From a bacterium (GTDB lineage Bacteria; Patescibacteriota; Minisyncoccia; Phycocordibacterales; UBA6899), in contig JAJZQJ010000004.1 in assembly GCA_021851895.1 (NCBI GenBank), positions 9,127 to 73,126 of the forward strand: 64,000 nt of DNA, in the 5' to 3' direction. The first letter of the stretch is position 1. Each line of letters begins with the position of its first letter. Under the pieces are notes generated by a model that was not told where the DNA came from, searched no databases, and worked only from the letters and a program-made list of their open reading frames with translations. Both the position numbers and the translations under genes were made by a program. Below are positions 18,954-28,083 of this stretch, in pieces.

Positions 18954-18956
18954 GGG

Positions 18957-19583
18957 TCACTTCACGTAGCGCTGCGCGAGTGATGTGTGAATGAGATCCG
19001 CTCGGTGCACGATGTCGTTGAGCTCAGTGACTGCCGCGGTGATCTCGCCGAACGTCTGCAGCTCTCGGTGCATTTGTGCATACTGCGTACGCGTCGGAAT
19101 GAGTGCGAGCGCACCGAGGAGTGTTCGATCGGCTTCCCGAATCTCCGCGATATGCTCGCTGATGATATCGTCGATGTACTTATTCGAGGTGTCGAGCAGA
19201 TCGAGCAACAATGCGAGCTGCTCGCGCTGCGCATGCTCTCTTTCTGTGCTCGCGATCTTGGCGAAAAGAGTCGGTCGCTCCGCGAGATCGAGAACGAAAG
19301 AGTTCCAGGCGTCGTACACGCTGCAGAGGTGCTTCAGGGAGGCGAACCTGCCAGGAATTTCGAAGCGATCATGGAACTGGTGATACGCCTCGACGAATTC
19401 GATGTAGTCAGTCTCAATTGTATCCGCCGTTGCGAAATATCCGCGGTCTCGGATGCTGCGTATCATTGGATAGATCTGCTGATCGTAGAACATGACTGCA
19501 TTACTGAACAGCTTTTGCGCTTCGGCTACTTTTGCTTCAATGCCTTCGCGCAGGTTCTTGCAGTCGCGCTTGTTATGCATCAA
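18957..19583 (-). CDS. hypothetical helical protein, paralog family member 1 of 4
   Basis: ORF with own terminator; weak shared motifs with 19891, 20575, 21350 genes. Confidence 0.5.
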   Translation of the reverse strand: MMHNKRDCKNLREGIEAKVAEAQKLFSNAVMFYDQQIYPMIRSIRDRGYFATADTIETDYIEFVEAYHQFHDRFEIPGRFASLKHLCSVYDAWNSFVLDLAERPTLFAKIASTEREHAQREQLALLLDLLDTSNKYIDDIISEHIAEIREADRTLLGALALIPTRTQYAQMHRELQTFGEITAAVTELNDIVHRADLIHTSLAQRYVK

Positions 19584-19653
19584 TGGTCTCCTCTAGACTT
19601 CTGATGGCATCCTACCGTATAGAAAATATATTGCAACGAAGGCGCTGAGGTGA

Positions 19654-19821
19654 TCAGTATCCTCTTGTCCAGCGGAAGGCCACGTATATGCCAAGGATGG
19701 CACCAACTGCGCCAAGCAAAAGACCCCAGAAGGAAAAAAGATCTGCACCCCAAAGTGAAGGGATCATGCTGCCGAGCGACGATCCGACGAACATTCCGAG
19801 CCAAATGAATTTACGGTCCAT
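19654..19821 (-). CDS. GlsB/YeaQ/YmgE-family small membrane protein
   Basis: MDRKFIWLGMFVGSSLGSMIPSLWGADLFSFWGLLLGAVGAILGIYVAF matches family pattern. Confidence 0.6.
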   Translation of the reverse strand: MDRKFIWLGMFVGSSLGSMIPSLWGADLFSFWGLLLGAVGAILGIYVAFRWTRGY

Positions 19822-19890
19822 GAATATATGATAGCACAGTACACTCCGTTGTGTCGGCATAAGAAAAAGCCCGCAGCTGCGGGCTTTCGA

Positions 19891-20496
19891 TCATCGAAGA
19901 TTCGATCTGAATAGGCGGAGTGCCGCGACATGGCGCTGTAGTCCCTCATAGTGCTTCGTGAGCGCAAGAAAACTGTCGAGCACCCTCGGGCGCATGATCT
20001 CTAAATGCTGCGTGCGCAGTTCGCGAAATCCAGCGATCATTGAGGGGTGCTCGGTGCCACGAGTCTTCGGTTCGGCAGACATTCTTCCGGAAAGTTCCTG
20101 AATGAGATGATCTGCCTCCTCAGCGAGGCCGTCAATGCCAATGCGCAGAATGATCTCATCTGCAGGATCGAAGTCGCTCGCGTCTGGGGGAGCGAAATAT
20201 CGCAGTGCTACGCGATGCTGTTCGAAGCGCAGAAGCTCCTGGGTGAGATTTTCTGTGTCGAGTATTGCGATATGCCCAAGGTCTTTCGAAAGAAGTTCGT
20301 GCATCTCGAGTAGTGCAGTGACGCGTGCGGCGCATTCGTGTGCGGTCGCGGGGTTGCCATCCGCGCGCAGCTTATCTGCCTGTGCGCGTATGGTATCGAA
20401 TGCTGCACGTTTCGACTCCAAAAGTACATCGGCTTCCTTCTTGCACGCGAGGATCATCTCGCGGAGCTTTCGTTTCTTTCCAAAAAAGCTGAACAT
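19891..20496 (-). CDS. hypothetical helical protein, paralog family member 2
   Basis: ADGNPATAHECAARVTALLE and ..AGFRELRTQHLE.. segments align to members 3/4; own terminator 19863-19888. Confidence 0.5.
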   Translation of the reverse strand: MFSFFGKKRKLREMILACKKEADVLLESKRAAFDTIRAQADKLRADGNPATAHECAARVTALLEMHELLSKDLGHIAILDTENLTQELLRFEQHRVALRYFAPPDASDFDPADEIILRIGIDGLAEEADHLIQELSGRMSAEPKTRGTEHPSMIAGFRELRTQHLEIMRPRVLDSFLALTKHYEGLQRHVAALRLFRSNLR

Positions 20497-20574
20497 ATGT
20501 CCTCCATGCTTCTCGCTCCTTTATACATGACCGTGCTGTATTGTCAAAGAAAAACCGCCAGAGGCGGTTGAAGA

Positions 20575-21219
20575 TCAATGCATTTGTTTGAGCGTATCCA
20601 TGAGATCATGCATACGCACGCTGAGGCGCGTAAGCGTCTCAAGGTGTGCTCGAAGTCCGTTGAAGTTATGGATCCGGGGGGCGTGATTGAGTCGTGACCA
20701 TTCCTCGATGATGTGCGCGAACTCGATGATGGGCTCAGTGTCGTGCACCGTGAGCATGCCCATCTTTCGGATCATGAGCACGGTGAGGTCTGACTTCAGG
20801 TTATCCACGCTTCGCGCGCGGTCGCCGATCTCTCTGCGGAGTGCTTTTTCATGCGCAGGGGAAGTCGAGAGCCCCTCGCTGAAGTCTGTTGCGATCACGC
20901 GCTTCTTGTAGTCCCCGAGTTCGTCGATGATCTCTCGAAGCATTCCCTTGTTCGCAATCGCGATGGCCGCCTGTTTTTCCTCGAGATACGCTGCGAAATT
21001 CTTGTCGAGTGCAGCATACCATTCATTGATCGCCGTTGCGGTCGCGGTGTGGTCGCATTCATCGAGCTTCGATGCTTCGGCGCGCAGTTCGACATAGCGC
21101 GAAAGCGAGTCGATCTGGGCGCTCCTAACGGTAGCGAGGAGCGCTGTTGCTTCTTCGCGGAGTGCGCGTTTCGTGCGAAATGCAGAAAGCGCGGAGAAAA
21201 ACTGCAATATTTTTTGCAT
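20575..21219 (-). CDS. hypothetical helical protein, paralog family member 3
   Basis: KLDECDHTATATAINEWYAALDKNFAAYLEEKQ aligns with member 4 KFAEEGHTATAARMLEPAQKFFLEWEQHKEQ; own terminator 20551-20567. Confidence 0.5.
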   Translation of the reverse strand: MQKILQFFSALSAFRTKRALREEATALLATVRSAQIDSLSRYVELRAEASKLDECDHTATATAINEWYAALDKNFAAYLEEKQAAIAIANKGMLREIIDELGDYKKRVIATDFSEGLSTSPAHEKALRREIGDRARSVDNLKSDLTVLMIRKMGMLTVHDTEPIIEFAHIIEEWSRLNHAPRIHNFNGLRAHLETLTRLSVRMHDLMDTLKQMH

Positions 21220-21349
21220 GATGACCTCACTTGAGGGGTTGTGGGGAAGGTGCTCTTGCCGGATTTTAACACACTTTTAGAATTAAAGCAATATGCTCAA
21301 GTTATGAAAATAGCCCGCCGAAGCGGGCTATTGTTGTGGGCGACCATGA

Positions 21350-21976
21350 CTACTCGGACTTGAACCCCGCGTAGTTCGTGATCCGGTGGGTGCAGTTGAG
21401 GATCACCAGGCGCGCATCTTCGATCCGCGCCATGAGCTTGTCCAGTTCCTTGAAGGAGTGGACGCGTCCATAGCGCTCGATCCCATTGAAGGTCTCGAAT
21501 GCCGTCGCGGCGCTCGAGAGGATGTGCGGCTCCTTCCTCTGGATGATTTGCAGCATGTCCGCGATGAGCTTATTCAGCTCGTTGCGCGCGCAGAGCGTCT
21601 CCGTGTAGCGCTCGCCGATCTTCCTGCGGTAGGCCACTTCTTCTCCCGACGTGTCCGCATAGGGTTCGACGAGGGTGGCGAAGTAGTCGATGCGGGGGAG
21701 TAGGTTCACGTAGTAGGCGCGGGTCTTCTGCAGGTCGGCCCTGCCCATCGTGTCGATGGTCTTGCTGAACTGCTCCTTGTGCTGCTCCCACTCGAGGAAG
21801 AACTTCTGGGCCGGCTCGAGCATGCGCGCGGCGGTCGCAGTGTGGCCTTCCTCGGCGAATTTCGCCGCGGCCGCGTAGAAGGGGCGCAGGTGGTCTTCGG
21901 TGTCCGCGACCGCCTTGCAGATCCCCTTGTGGAACTCGATCAGCTTGGCGCGCAGGGTCGAATTCAGAACGTACAT
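21350..21976 (-). CDS. hypothetical helical protein, paralog family member 4 (ORF opens at 22015)
   Basis: HTATA and FNG motifs shared with member 3; higher local GC; own terminator 21310-21337. Confidence 0.5.
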   Translation of the reverse strand: MYVLNSTLRAKLIEFHKGICKAVADTEDHLRPFYAAAAKFAEEGHTATAARMLEPAQKFFLEWEQHKEQFSKTIDTMGRADLQKTRAYYVNLLPRIDYFATLVEPYADTSGEEVAYRRKIGERYTETLCARNELNKLIADMLQIIQRKEPHILSSAATAFETFNGIERYGRVHSFKELDKLMARIEDARLVILNCTHRITNYAGFKSE

Positions 21977-22082
21977 GTTGCCTCCGTGGCAAAAGTGCCA
22001 TTGCAATATTAACACTATATATTGCTTTTGTCAATATGCTCGCCACGTCGCTCCTAAATGAAAATGGCCGAACAGGGCCATT

Positions 22083-22709
22083 TTAGAGAACTTCGCGGAT
22101 TTCCGTAAACACTTTTTTGATGATTTCCTGGTATACCGCCTCAATTGTTTGCTCGCCGTTGATTTCGACGAAATCATAGTCACGATCGCGACGATAATGT
22201 TCGACGACGGGGAGTACGTCACTCTCATACCAAGCAAGGCGTTTCTCGATCGCTTCCTTTGTGTCATCTGCGCGCCCTTCCTCCTTTGCTCTTCCCAGCA
22301 TGCGTTCAAGTGCCCAGTCATGGGAGACCTGCATATAGATCACCGTTGGCTGAGTCCGCTTGAAGAACTTCAGTGCGATATCGAGATTCTGCTGTTCATT
22401 AAGTGAGCGCGGAGATCCGTCGATGATGAGATGTTCATGACCATGGAGGTTTTCAATGAACGTATTCGACCAGATCCACATTGCAAGAAAATCAGGCTGG
22501 CGCTCACCGTTGTTAAGTGCATTGCGCGAGATGTCTGCGGCGTAGGTAGCGCCTTTTACGAATTCGCGGAAATAGTTTCCTGATTGATGATAGAAGATCT
22601 CGCAGGTGGGATCTTGTTCCCTAAGGTAGTTCTGGAGCAGTTTCACTTGTGTGCCTTTTCCACATCCTGACGGTCCAATGAAGATGAATGTTCGTTGTGG
22701 TGTATTCAT
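22083..22709 (-). CDS. adk: adenylate kinase family protein
   Basis: P-loop IFIGPSGCGKGTQ, LID-like DGSPRSLNEQ; on the opposite strand to the r-protein cluster. Confidence 0.7.
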   Translation of the reverse strand: MNTPQRTFIFIGPSGCGKGTQVKLLQNYLREQDPTCEIFYHQSGNYFREFVKGATYAADISRNALNNGERQPDFLAMWIWSNTFIENLHGHEHLIIDGSPRSLNEQQNLDIALKFFKRTQPTVIYMQVSHDWALERMLGRAKEEGRADDTKEAIEKRLAWYESDVLPVVEHYRRDRDYDFVEINGEQTIEAVYQEIIKKVFTEIREVL

Positions 22710-22798
22710 GCACCTATCATAGCATAAATTGCGAAAGCCCCGCGGGAAAATATTTTGCTGTTTTGACACAAAGTCGTGATATACTGAGGGCGATTATC

Positions 22799-23290
22799 AT
22801 GAAAAGAGGCTTTACACTCATCGAATTATTGGTCGTCATCGCAATCATCGGGCTGCTTTCGAGTGTCGTTCTTGTAACGCTTTCGACGGCTCGTGCAAAA
22901 GGGAGGTTCGCACGTACGATCGCGGATATGCATCAGGTACAGATCGCGGCGGATGCATTCGCTGCCAGTACGGGCGACTACCCCGATGATGCAGTCAATG
23001 GGCAGCTCCCTCCGAATGCGACCAGTGATTTTTTGAGTTCGTGGCCATCCGCGCCCTGTCCTGGCTGGACATATGATTATGATTATTGGCGTCCGACCGA
23101 TTACAGCGTCGTCGCTCCTGAGCAAGAGAAGATGTCGCGTATCGTGTTCCTGCGATCAGGCGTTCCGAGATTCTACTATTGTATAAAACCCGGGATTTCG
23201 AATCTCTGTAAACATCCCGTCGATGAATCGGATCCCACATTCATCGATATCCGAGATAAGGAAATCAAGGAAATAACTTGTGCCGAATGA
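22799..23290 (+). CDS. type IV pilin-like protein
   Basis: MKRGFTLIELLVVIAIIGLLSSVVLVTL; -10 TATACT 13 nt upstream of ATG. Confidence 0.75.
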   Translation: MKRGFTLIELLVVIAIIGLLSSVVLVTLSTARAKGRFARTIADMHQVQIAADAFAASTGDYPDDAVNGQLPPNATSDFLSSWPSAPCPGWTYDYDYWRPTDYSVVAPEQEKMSRIVFLRSGVPRFYYCIKPGISNLCKHPVDESDPTFIDIRDKEIKEITCAE

Positions 23291-23326
23291 TCGACAACCG
23301 ATATTTTTTGATGCTATACTATATAT

Positions 23327-23815
23327 ATGAAAGTGCAGAATAAAGGTTTCACACTCATCGAACTCCTCGTCGTGATTGCAATAATCGCCTTGCTCTCGAG
23401 TGTTGTCCTTGCGACACTTGCGGTATCTCGGGCAAAAGGGAGAGATGCCAAGCGCAGGAGTGATCTTGAGCAGATGCGCATCGCTTTGGAATTATATTAT
23501 GATGCCACAGGTGGATATCCTTCATCGAGTGATGGAAATTGTGACGCGATTGACGATCGTAGTTTTCTGCCCGGGGGTTGTCTCGAGGTACTTGTAACGG
23601 GAGGATATCTTCCGAGACTTCCCGAAGATCCACTCGCAACATCGACCGATCCGCTCTACCGCTACGATGATTACTGTGCACTTCCTGCTCCCGCTGCGCG
23701 CAATAACCAGCGCTATCGTTTCATTGCAGATACTGAGTTGCCTGCTGGTGGACTCGCCAATAATCTCTGGGGAGAGAATCAGGTAGTCATCGCTTCGTGC
23801 GCTGACCCAAAGTAA
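23327..23815 (+). CDS. type IV pilin-like protein
   Basis: MKVQNKGFTLIELLVVIAIIALL; upstream tgctatactatatatATG identical to the motif at 11811. Confidence 0.8.
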   Translation: MKVQNKGFTLIELLVVIAIIALLSSVVLATLAVSRAKGRDAKRRSDLEQMRIALELYYDATGGYPSSSDGNCDAIDDRSFLPGGCLEVLVTGGYLPRLPEDPLATSTDPLYRYDDYCALPAPAARNNQRYRFIADTELPAGGLANNLWGENQVVIASCADPK

Positions 23816-23861
23816 AAGCGAGTACACTCGCTTTTTTCGTACATTTTGATAGTATGGGGCA

Positions 23862-24629
23862 ATGTCTTTGATCAAAACTCCGGGAGAAATAGAAATATTA
23901 CGTGAGGGCGGGAAGCGCCTCGCGAAGGTTTTGCGTATGACCCGCGATTACATCAAGCCGGGGATGACCACGCGCGAGATCGATGCGTATGCTGAAAAGC
24001 TCATTCTCGATTTCGGTGATACGACCCCATTCAAGAATTATCAGCCGCGTGGAGCACGCAAGCCATTTCCTGCTGCACTTTGTATTTCCGTAAACGATGA
24101 GATCGTGCACGGCATCCCTGGTGATCGTGTTATTAAGGATGGAGATGTTGTGAGTATCGATCTTGGTCTCACACATCGAGGACTCGTAACCGATCATGCG
24201 CTTTCGGTGATCGTTGGTGATGCTCCGCAGCGCGTAAAAGATCTCCTTCGTTATACCGAAGAAGCATTATGGAAGGGTATCGACGCAGCGAAGATCGGAG
24301 GCCATATTGGCGATATCTCCGCAGCGATCGAAGAGGTACAGGTAAAGCATAAGTATGGCAATGTGCGTGAACTCGGTGGTCACGGTGTCGGGCATGGTGT
24401 GCATGAGGATCCCTATGTACCAAATTACGGACGCAAAGGGACGGGCCCGCGCTTACAGCAGGGTATGGTACTCGCAATCGAGCCAATGTTCATACTTGAT
24501 GGTACTGAGGATATTCGTCAGATGCCGGACGGTTGGACGATCGTCACCCATTCGGGCGCGACAGCAGCACACTTTGAGCATACGATTGCATTCACGGATA
24601 AGGGTGTGGAGGTGCTTACAATGGAGTAA
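23862..24629 (+). CDS. map: type I methionine aminopeptidase
   Basis: metal ligand pattern D..D..H..E..E and MAP core, 255 aa. Confidence 0.9.
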   Translation: MSLIKTPGEIEILREGGKRLAKVLRMTRDYIKPGMTTREIDAYAEKLILDFGDTTPFKNYQPRGARKPFPAALCISVNDEIVHGIPGDRVIKDGDVVSIDLGLTHRGLVTDHALSVIVGDAPQRVKDLLRYTEEALWKGIDAAKIGGHIGDISAAIEEVQVKHKYGNVRELGGHGVGHGVHEDPYVPNYGRKGTGPRLQQGMVLAIEPMFILDGTEDIRQMPDGWTIVTHSGATAAHFEHTIAFTDKGVEVLTME

Positions 24630-24853
24630 GAACGCCACTTCGTGGGCCAGGCGTTCTTGCCTGTAGATGAGCCGCCACCGCGGCACACAACAACTCAATT
24701 AAAACCACCACTAAAGCATAGTGGTTTTAATTTTTCAGGTAAGAAATACCCTTCGTGGGCCAGGCGTTCTTGCCTGTAGATGAGCCGCCACCGCGGCACA
24801 CAACAACTCAATTAAAACCACCACCAAAGCATAGTGGTCTTAATTTTTCAGGT
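24628..24853 (+). repeat. two tandem direct repeats (~113 nt each), each carrying two hairpins
   Basis: unit aagaacgcc...ggccaggcgttcttgcctgtagatgagccgccaccgcggcacacaacaactcaattaaaaccaccac.aaagcatagtgg.tttaatttttcaggta repeated; followed by a third terminator 24855-24887. Confidence 0.85.
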
Positions 24854-24996
24854 AGAACAAAAGACCCCCTTGGGGTCTTTTGTTCTGTGCGAACCCTACG
24901 GAGCTTTGTCCAACGAATGCCACTGATATGATCTCTTGATTGACCTTTATGTAAAGTCATGCCTACACGGTATTTACTGTGATACAATATGCGCAT

Positions 24997-26622
24997 ATGC
25001 GATCGTTGAAAGAAGGTTTCACGCTTATTGAATTGTTGGTGGTCATTGCAATAATCGCCTTACTTTCAAGTGTTGTGCTCACTGTGCTCACCACGGCACG
25101 TTCGAAGGCGCGCGATAGCCAGCGTATTCGGAATGCACACGAGCTTTCTCTGGCGCTCGAGCAGTATGAGTCGACCGAAAATACTTACAGGGTCGCGGGT
25201 GCAGGATACGCAAATTCTGGTGGCGGTTATGTTGCAAAAGGCGCAGAGACTTTAGGATATTCAAACTCGATCATCACGGTACTTAGTGCGAAGGGTTACT
25301 ATACGGCGGACACTTTATCAGATCCAATATATGGAACGGATAATTATTATCTCGGGATGTGCACTTCAACGTATAGTGTCTTTTTGAAAGTTGAGCAACC
25401 AGAATTGCAGCAATCTTCTTCAACGATTGCTTCTGCGTGCGATGGTGTAAATGCCTCCGCAGCAGGATTCAATTTTATTGCTGGTGGTGGTGATTATGGG
25501 GCGGCCAGTGGCGTTGCGGCAGGTGGCGGTTTCATTACTTCACTTACGGGTGATGTAGATCCGACGTTTGTCTCTGGGCAATATGGGGGCGCCGATGGCT
25601 CCATTTATGATCTTAGGATCCAGAGTGATGGCAAGGTTGTCGTTGTCGGCAACTTCTCCAGCATGTTCAATGGATCGTCTCGGCGAGGCGTTGCAAGAGT
25701 CAATGGAGATGGCTCTCTCGATGCGAATTTTGCAGCAACTTGTGGGCTTGACGTCGGAGGGTCGACCCTGGAGACACAGTCAGACGGCAAGATCATCGTG
25801 GGTGGTGGTTTTTCGACATACTGTGGTAGCTCATCAAAAAATCTTGTACGCTTAAATCCTGATGGTTCGATCGATACGAGTTTCATTGGAAATGGTGCCC
25901 CCGATGGCGCTGTGCGTACGATGAAGTTCCAGCAAGATGGGAAATTGATCATTGGTGGTGATTTCTTGAAGGTGGGTGGAGTATCGAGTCCACATATAGC
26001 AAGATTGAATGTCGACGGTTCCCTTGATTCTTCCTTCTCGGTTGGTTCTGGTTTCGATCAATATCCGCTTTCATTGGCTGTACAGTCAGACGGGAAGATT
26101 GTTGCGGCGGGTATTTTCGTCTCATTCAACGGAACAGCTCGAAATCACGTTGCTCGCCTGAATGGAGATGGTTCTCTTGATGTAACCTTCACTTCTCCGA
26201 TCATCGGAGGAAGTTTTGCACAGGCCTTGAGTATACAGAGTGATGGAAAGATCATCGTCGGTGGGGGATTCGGTGCGTGGAATTTTTCATATTATAACTT
26301 GCTGCGGATGCTACCCGATGGAACCATTGATTCGAGCTTTAATACAGGTACTGCTCCTGATAGCACGGTGTATAGCACTCTCGTGCTTCCAAACGGGGAG
26401 ATCCTCATTTCGGGTGCGTTCAATCATTATAATGGGGTGACGAGAAACAAAGTGGCGTTGCTCAAGTCCGATGGCACACTCGACACAGGTTTCGCATCGG
26501 TAGCGGATACGATTAATTACATTCTTGCTCTCGGTCTACAAAGTGATGGTCGCGTGATTCTTGGAGGAACCTTCACGAGTTATGGGGGAATACCTCAGTC
26601 AGATCTCGCACGTGTCCAATGA
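24997..26622 (+). CDS. prepilin-type N-terminal domain fused to delta-60-repeat beta-propeller domain
   Basis: MRSLKEGFTLIELLVVIAIIALL N-terminus; at least 7 repeats of ..DGS[LI]D.[ST]F..G.. about every 55-60 aa (GDGSLDANF, PDGSIDTSF, VDGSLDSSF, GDGSLDVTF, PDGTIDSSF, SDGTLDTGF). Confidence 0.7.
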   Translation: MRSLKEGFTLIELLVVIAIIALLSSVVLTVLTTARSKARDSQRIRNAHELSLALEQYESTENTYRVAGAGYANSGGGYVAKGAETLGYSNSIITVLSAKGYYTADTLSDPIYGTDNYYLGMCTSTYSVFLKVEQPELQQSSSTIASACDGVNASAAGFNFIAGGGDYGAASGVAAGGGFITSLTGDVDPTFVSGQYGGADGSIYDLRIQSDGKVVVVGNFSSMFNGSSRRGVARVNGDGSLDANFAATCGLDVGGSTLETQSDGKIIVGGGFSTYCGSSSKNLVRLNPDGSIDTSFIGNGAPDGAVRTMKFQQDGKLIIGGDFLKVGGVSSPHIARLNVDGSLDSSFSVGSGFDQYPLSLAVQSDGKIVAAGIFVSFNGTARNHVARLNGDGSLDVTFTSPIIGGSFAQALSIQSDGKIIVGGGFGAWNFSYYNLLRMLPDGTIDSSFNTGTAPDSTVYSTLVLPNGEILISGAFNHYNGVTRNKVALLKSDGTLDTGFASVADTINYILALGLQSDGRVILGGTFTSYGGIPQSDLARVQ

Positions 26623-26655
26623 TGTTCGTGTTCTCAGCTCATTTCTGATTTTCTA

Positions 26656-26694
26656 AAAACAAAAAAAAGACCCCTTGGGGTCTTTTTGTTTTGG
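26656..26694. terminator. bidirectional terminator
   Basis: aaaaaaaagaccccttggggtctttttgtttt. Confidence 0.75.
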
Positions 26695-26696
26695 CT

Positions 26697-27110
26697 TTAG
26701 TAGCCCATCATGTTTTGGACAGGAAGTCCTGGCTGTGCGCTTGGGCTTACCTGGAGGTAGTAGCCTCCCATCGTTCCACGACCCTGGCCGTAATAGTTTA
26801 CATTACGCATCATGCCACTGCGGTAACCGTAGTCACCATAGCCATAATCCATCATGCGTCCATAACCATACTCACCTCGGAACTCGCCTACTTTGACGCC
26901 GAGCCAAAAGACGAAGAAGAGCATACCGAGAAGGAGCACAATGCGAAGGACACGGTGCTTGTTCCATAGGCAATGACCGTACATATGGTCGTGCTTATGC
27001 ATTTGCTCGCCCATTTCGCCACCATTGTGATGATGGTCGTGATCACAGAATTCACACATATTATGATGTTGTTTATTGTTAATATGTACACCGCAGTCGC
27101 GGTTATGCAT
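26697..27110 (-). CDS. His-rich / Gly-Tyr-rich small membrane protein (possible metal-binding), probably leaderless
   Basis: HNMCEFCDHDHHHNGGEMGEQMHKHDHMYGHC then TM helix VLRIVLLLGMLFFVFWLGV then GYGYGRMMDYGYGDYGYRSG; TATAAT immediately before the ATG. Confidence 0.4.
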   Translation of the reverse strand: MHNRDCGVHINNKQHHNMCEFCDHDHHHNGGEMGEQMHKHDHMYGHCLWNKHRVLRIVLLLGMLFFVFWLGVKVGEFRGEYGYGRMMDYGYGDYGYRSGMMRNVNYYGQGRGTMGGYYLQVSPSAQPGLPVQNMMGY

Positions 27111-27234
27111 TCATTATACGCCCAATACTGTATTTATGAAAGCAAAGAGATGAAGAAAGCATGAAGTGCTGTGTATATTGACAGCGCTGCCGCACAAGTC
27201 TAGTCTCAAGTGAGAAAACATAGAGGAGCTGCAT

Positions 27235-27804
27235 ATGCATTTCGTTTATGTTGTACTCGGCAAACGGCTTTCGCGGAAGGTGTATCTCAACACAACAGAA
27301 GAGGTCGCTCTGCATCCTGACGCGATGATCCGAGTTGAAGCACTCGCGATGATCTCCCGGGAGTCGCCGATCGACATCGCCGTTTTCACCGGCGGTAAGA
27401 CTGCGGGGGATGATCTTCCGAGCGAAGCCGAATCGATGCTCTTTCATTACCTCGGGTTCCCTCACGGTCCGGTGACACCACGCTGTATTTGCGAGCGGAG
27501 TGCTCGGAATACTCGTGAAAATGCGATCGGTGTGAAGTGTGCGCTCAAAGATGTGCAGTACCTTACTGTACACGTCATCACGAATAGATATCACATGAAT
27601 CGCGTGCAGAAGATCTTCAAATCTGCAGGACTCAATGTGGTCGTACTCAGCGCGGAGGATGTGATCGCAAACATCGATCCTTCTCGAAAGGAAGAGATGC
27701 TGCGCTATAAGCGAAGTCTCCCTGTGCGCATGGAGCAGTGCAAGGAGTGGATCATCGAGCATCTCCCCGTGCGTATCGCGAAGCGGTTTAGGTTGTGCTT
27801 TTGA
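27235..27804 (+). CDS. YdcF/DUF218-family protein
   Basis: ERSARNTRENA matches the DUF218 ExxxNTxENA signature. Confidence 0.6.
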   Translation: MHFVYVVLGKRLSRKVYLNTTEEVALHPDAMIRVEALAMISRESPIDIAVFTGGKTAGDDLPSEAESMLFHYLGFPHGPVTPRCICERSARNTRENAIGVKCALKDVQYLTVHVITNRYHMNRVQKIFKSAGLNVVVLSAEDVIANIDPSRKEEMLRYKRSLPVRMEQCKEWIIEHLPVRIAKRFRLCF

Positions 27805-27812
27805 TAGATCAA

Positions 27813-27838
27813 TGAAGGCCTTCGGGCCTTTTTGTTTC
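27813..27838 (+). terminator. rho-independent terminator
   Basis: aaggccttcgggcctttttg. Confidence 0.7.
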
Positions 27839-27953
27839 TTTTGGCGCTCGCTGTACAGCAATATATTTTTGGAATATTAAGCGCTTCTACGGGAGGAAAT
27901 GGGAAAGTATAGAAAAGCGTATATATAGATTCATTTTTCTGTGGAATGGTCGC

Positions 27954-27981
27954 TTGACAGTATTTCGGATTCTGCTATACT
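27954..27981 (+). promoter_or_regulatory. rRNA promoter P1, TTGACA-16-TATACT
   Basis: consensus hexamers. Confidence 0.55.
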
Positions 27982-28055
27982 CGTCATCAGCTCACGAGGA
28001 ATTTGGTCCGCAGGAATCAGCCTAAAAGTCGAAATACTGCAGGGGAGAAAATTGC

Positions 28056-28083
28056 TTGACAGTTTTCAAAATCCGAATATACT
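28056..28083 (+). promoter_or_regulatory. rRNA promoter P2, TTGACA-16-TATACT
   Basis: second near-identical promoter 100 nt downstream of P1. Confidence 0.55.

Noticed and set aside
18957-22015. Assigning the four paralogs to the hemerythrin/HHE family
   Set aside because: Only loose H/E spacing with no full H-HxxxE-H-HxxxxD motif set. Left as hypothetical.
21570-22046. 158-aa Arg/Gly/Pro-rich alternative-frame ORF over paralog 4
   Set aside because: Product of high local GC. The chosen frame yields a protein homologous to the three neighbouring paralogs.
24628-24853. Possible CRISPR array (direct repeats)
   Set aside because: Only two units of ~113 nt with no spacer structure and internal hairpins. 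No cas genes. This is tandem duplication, not CRISPR.
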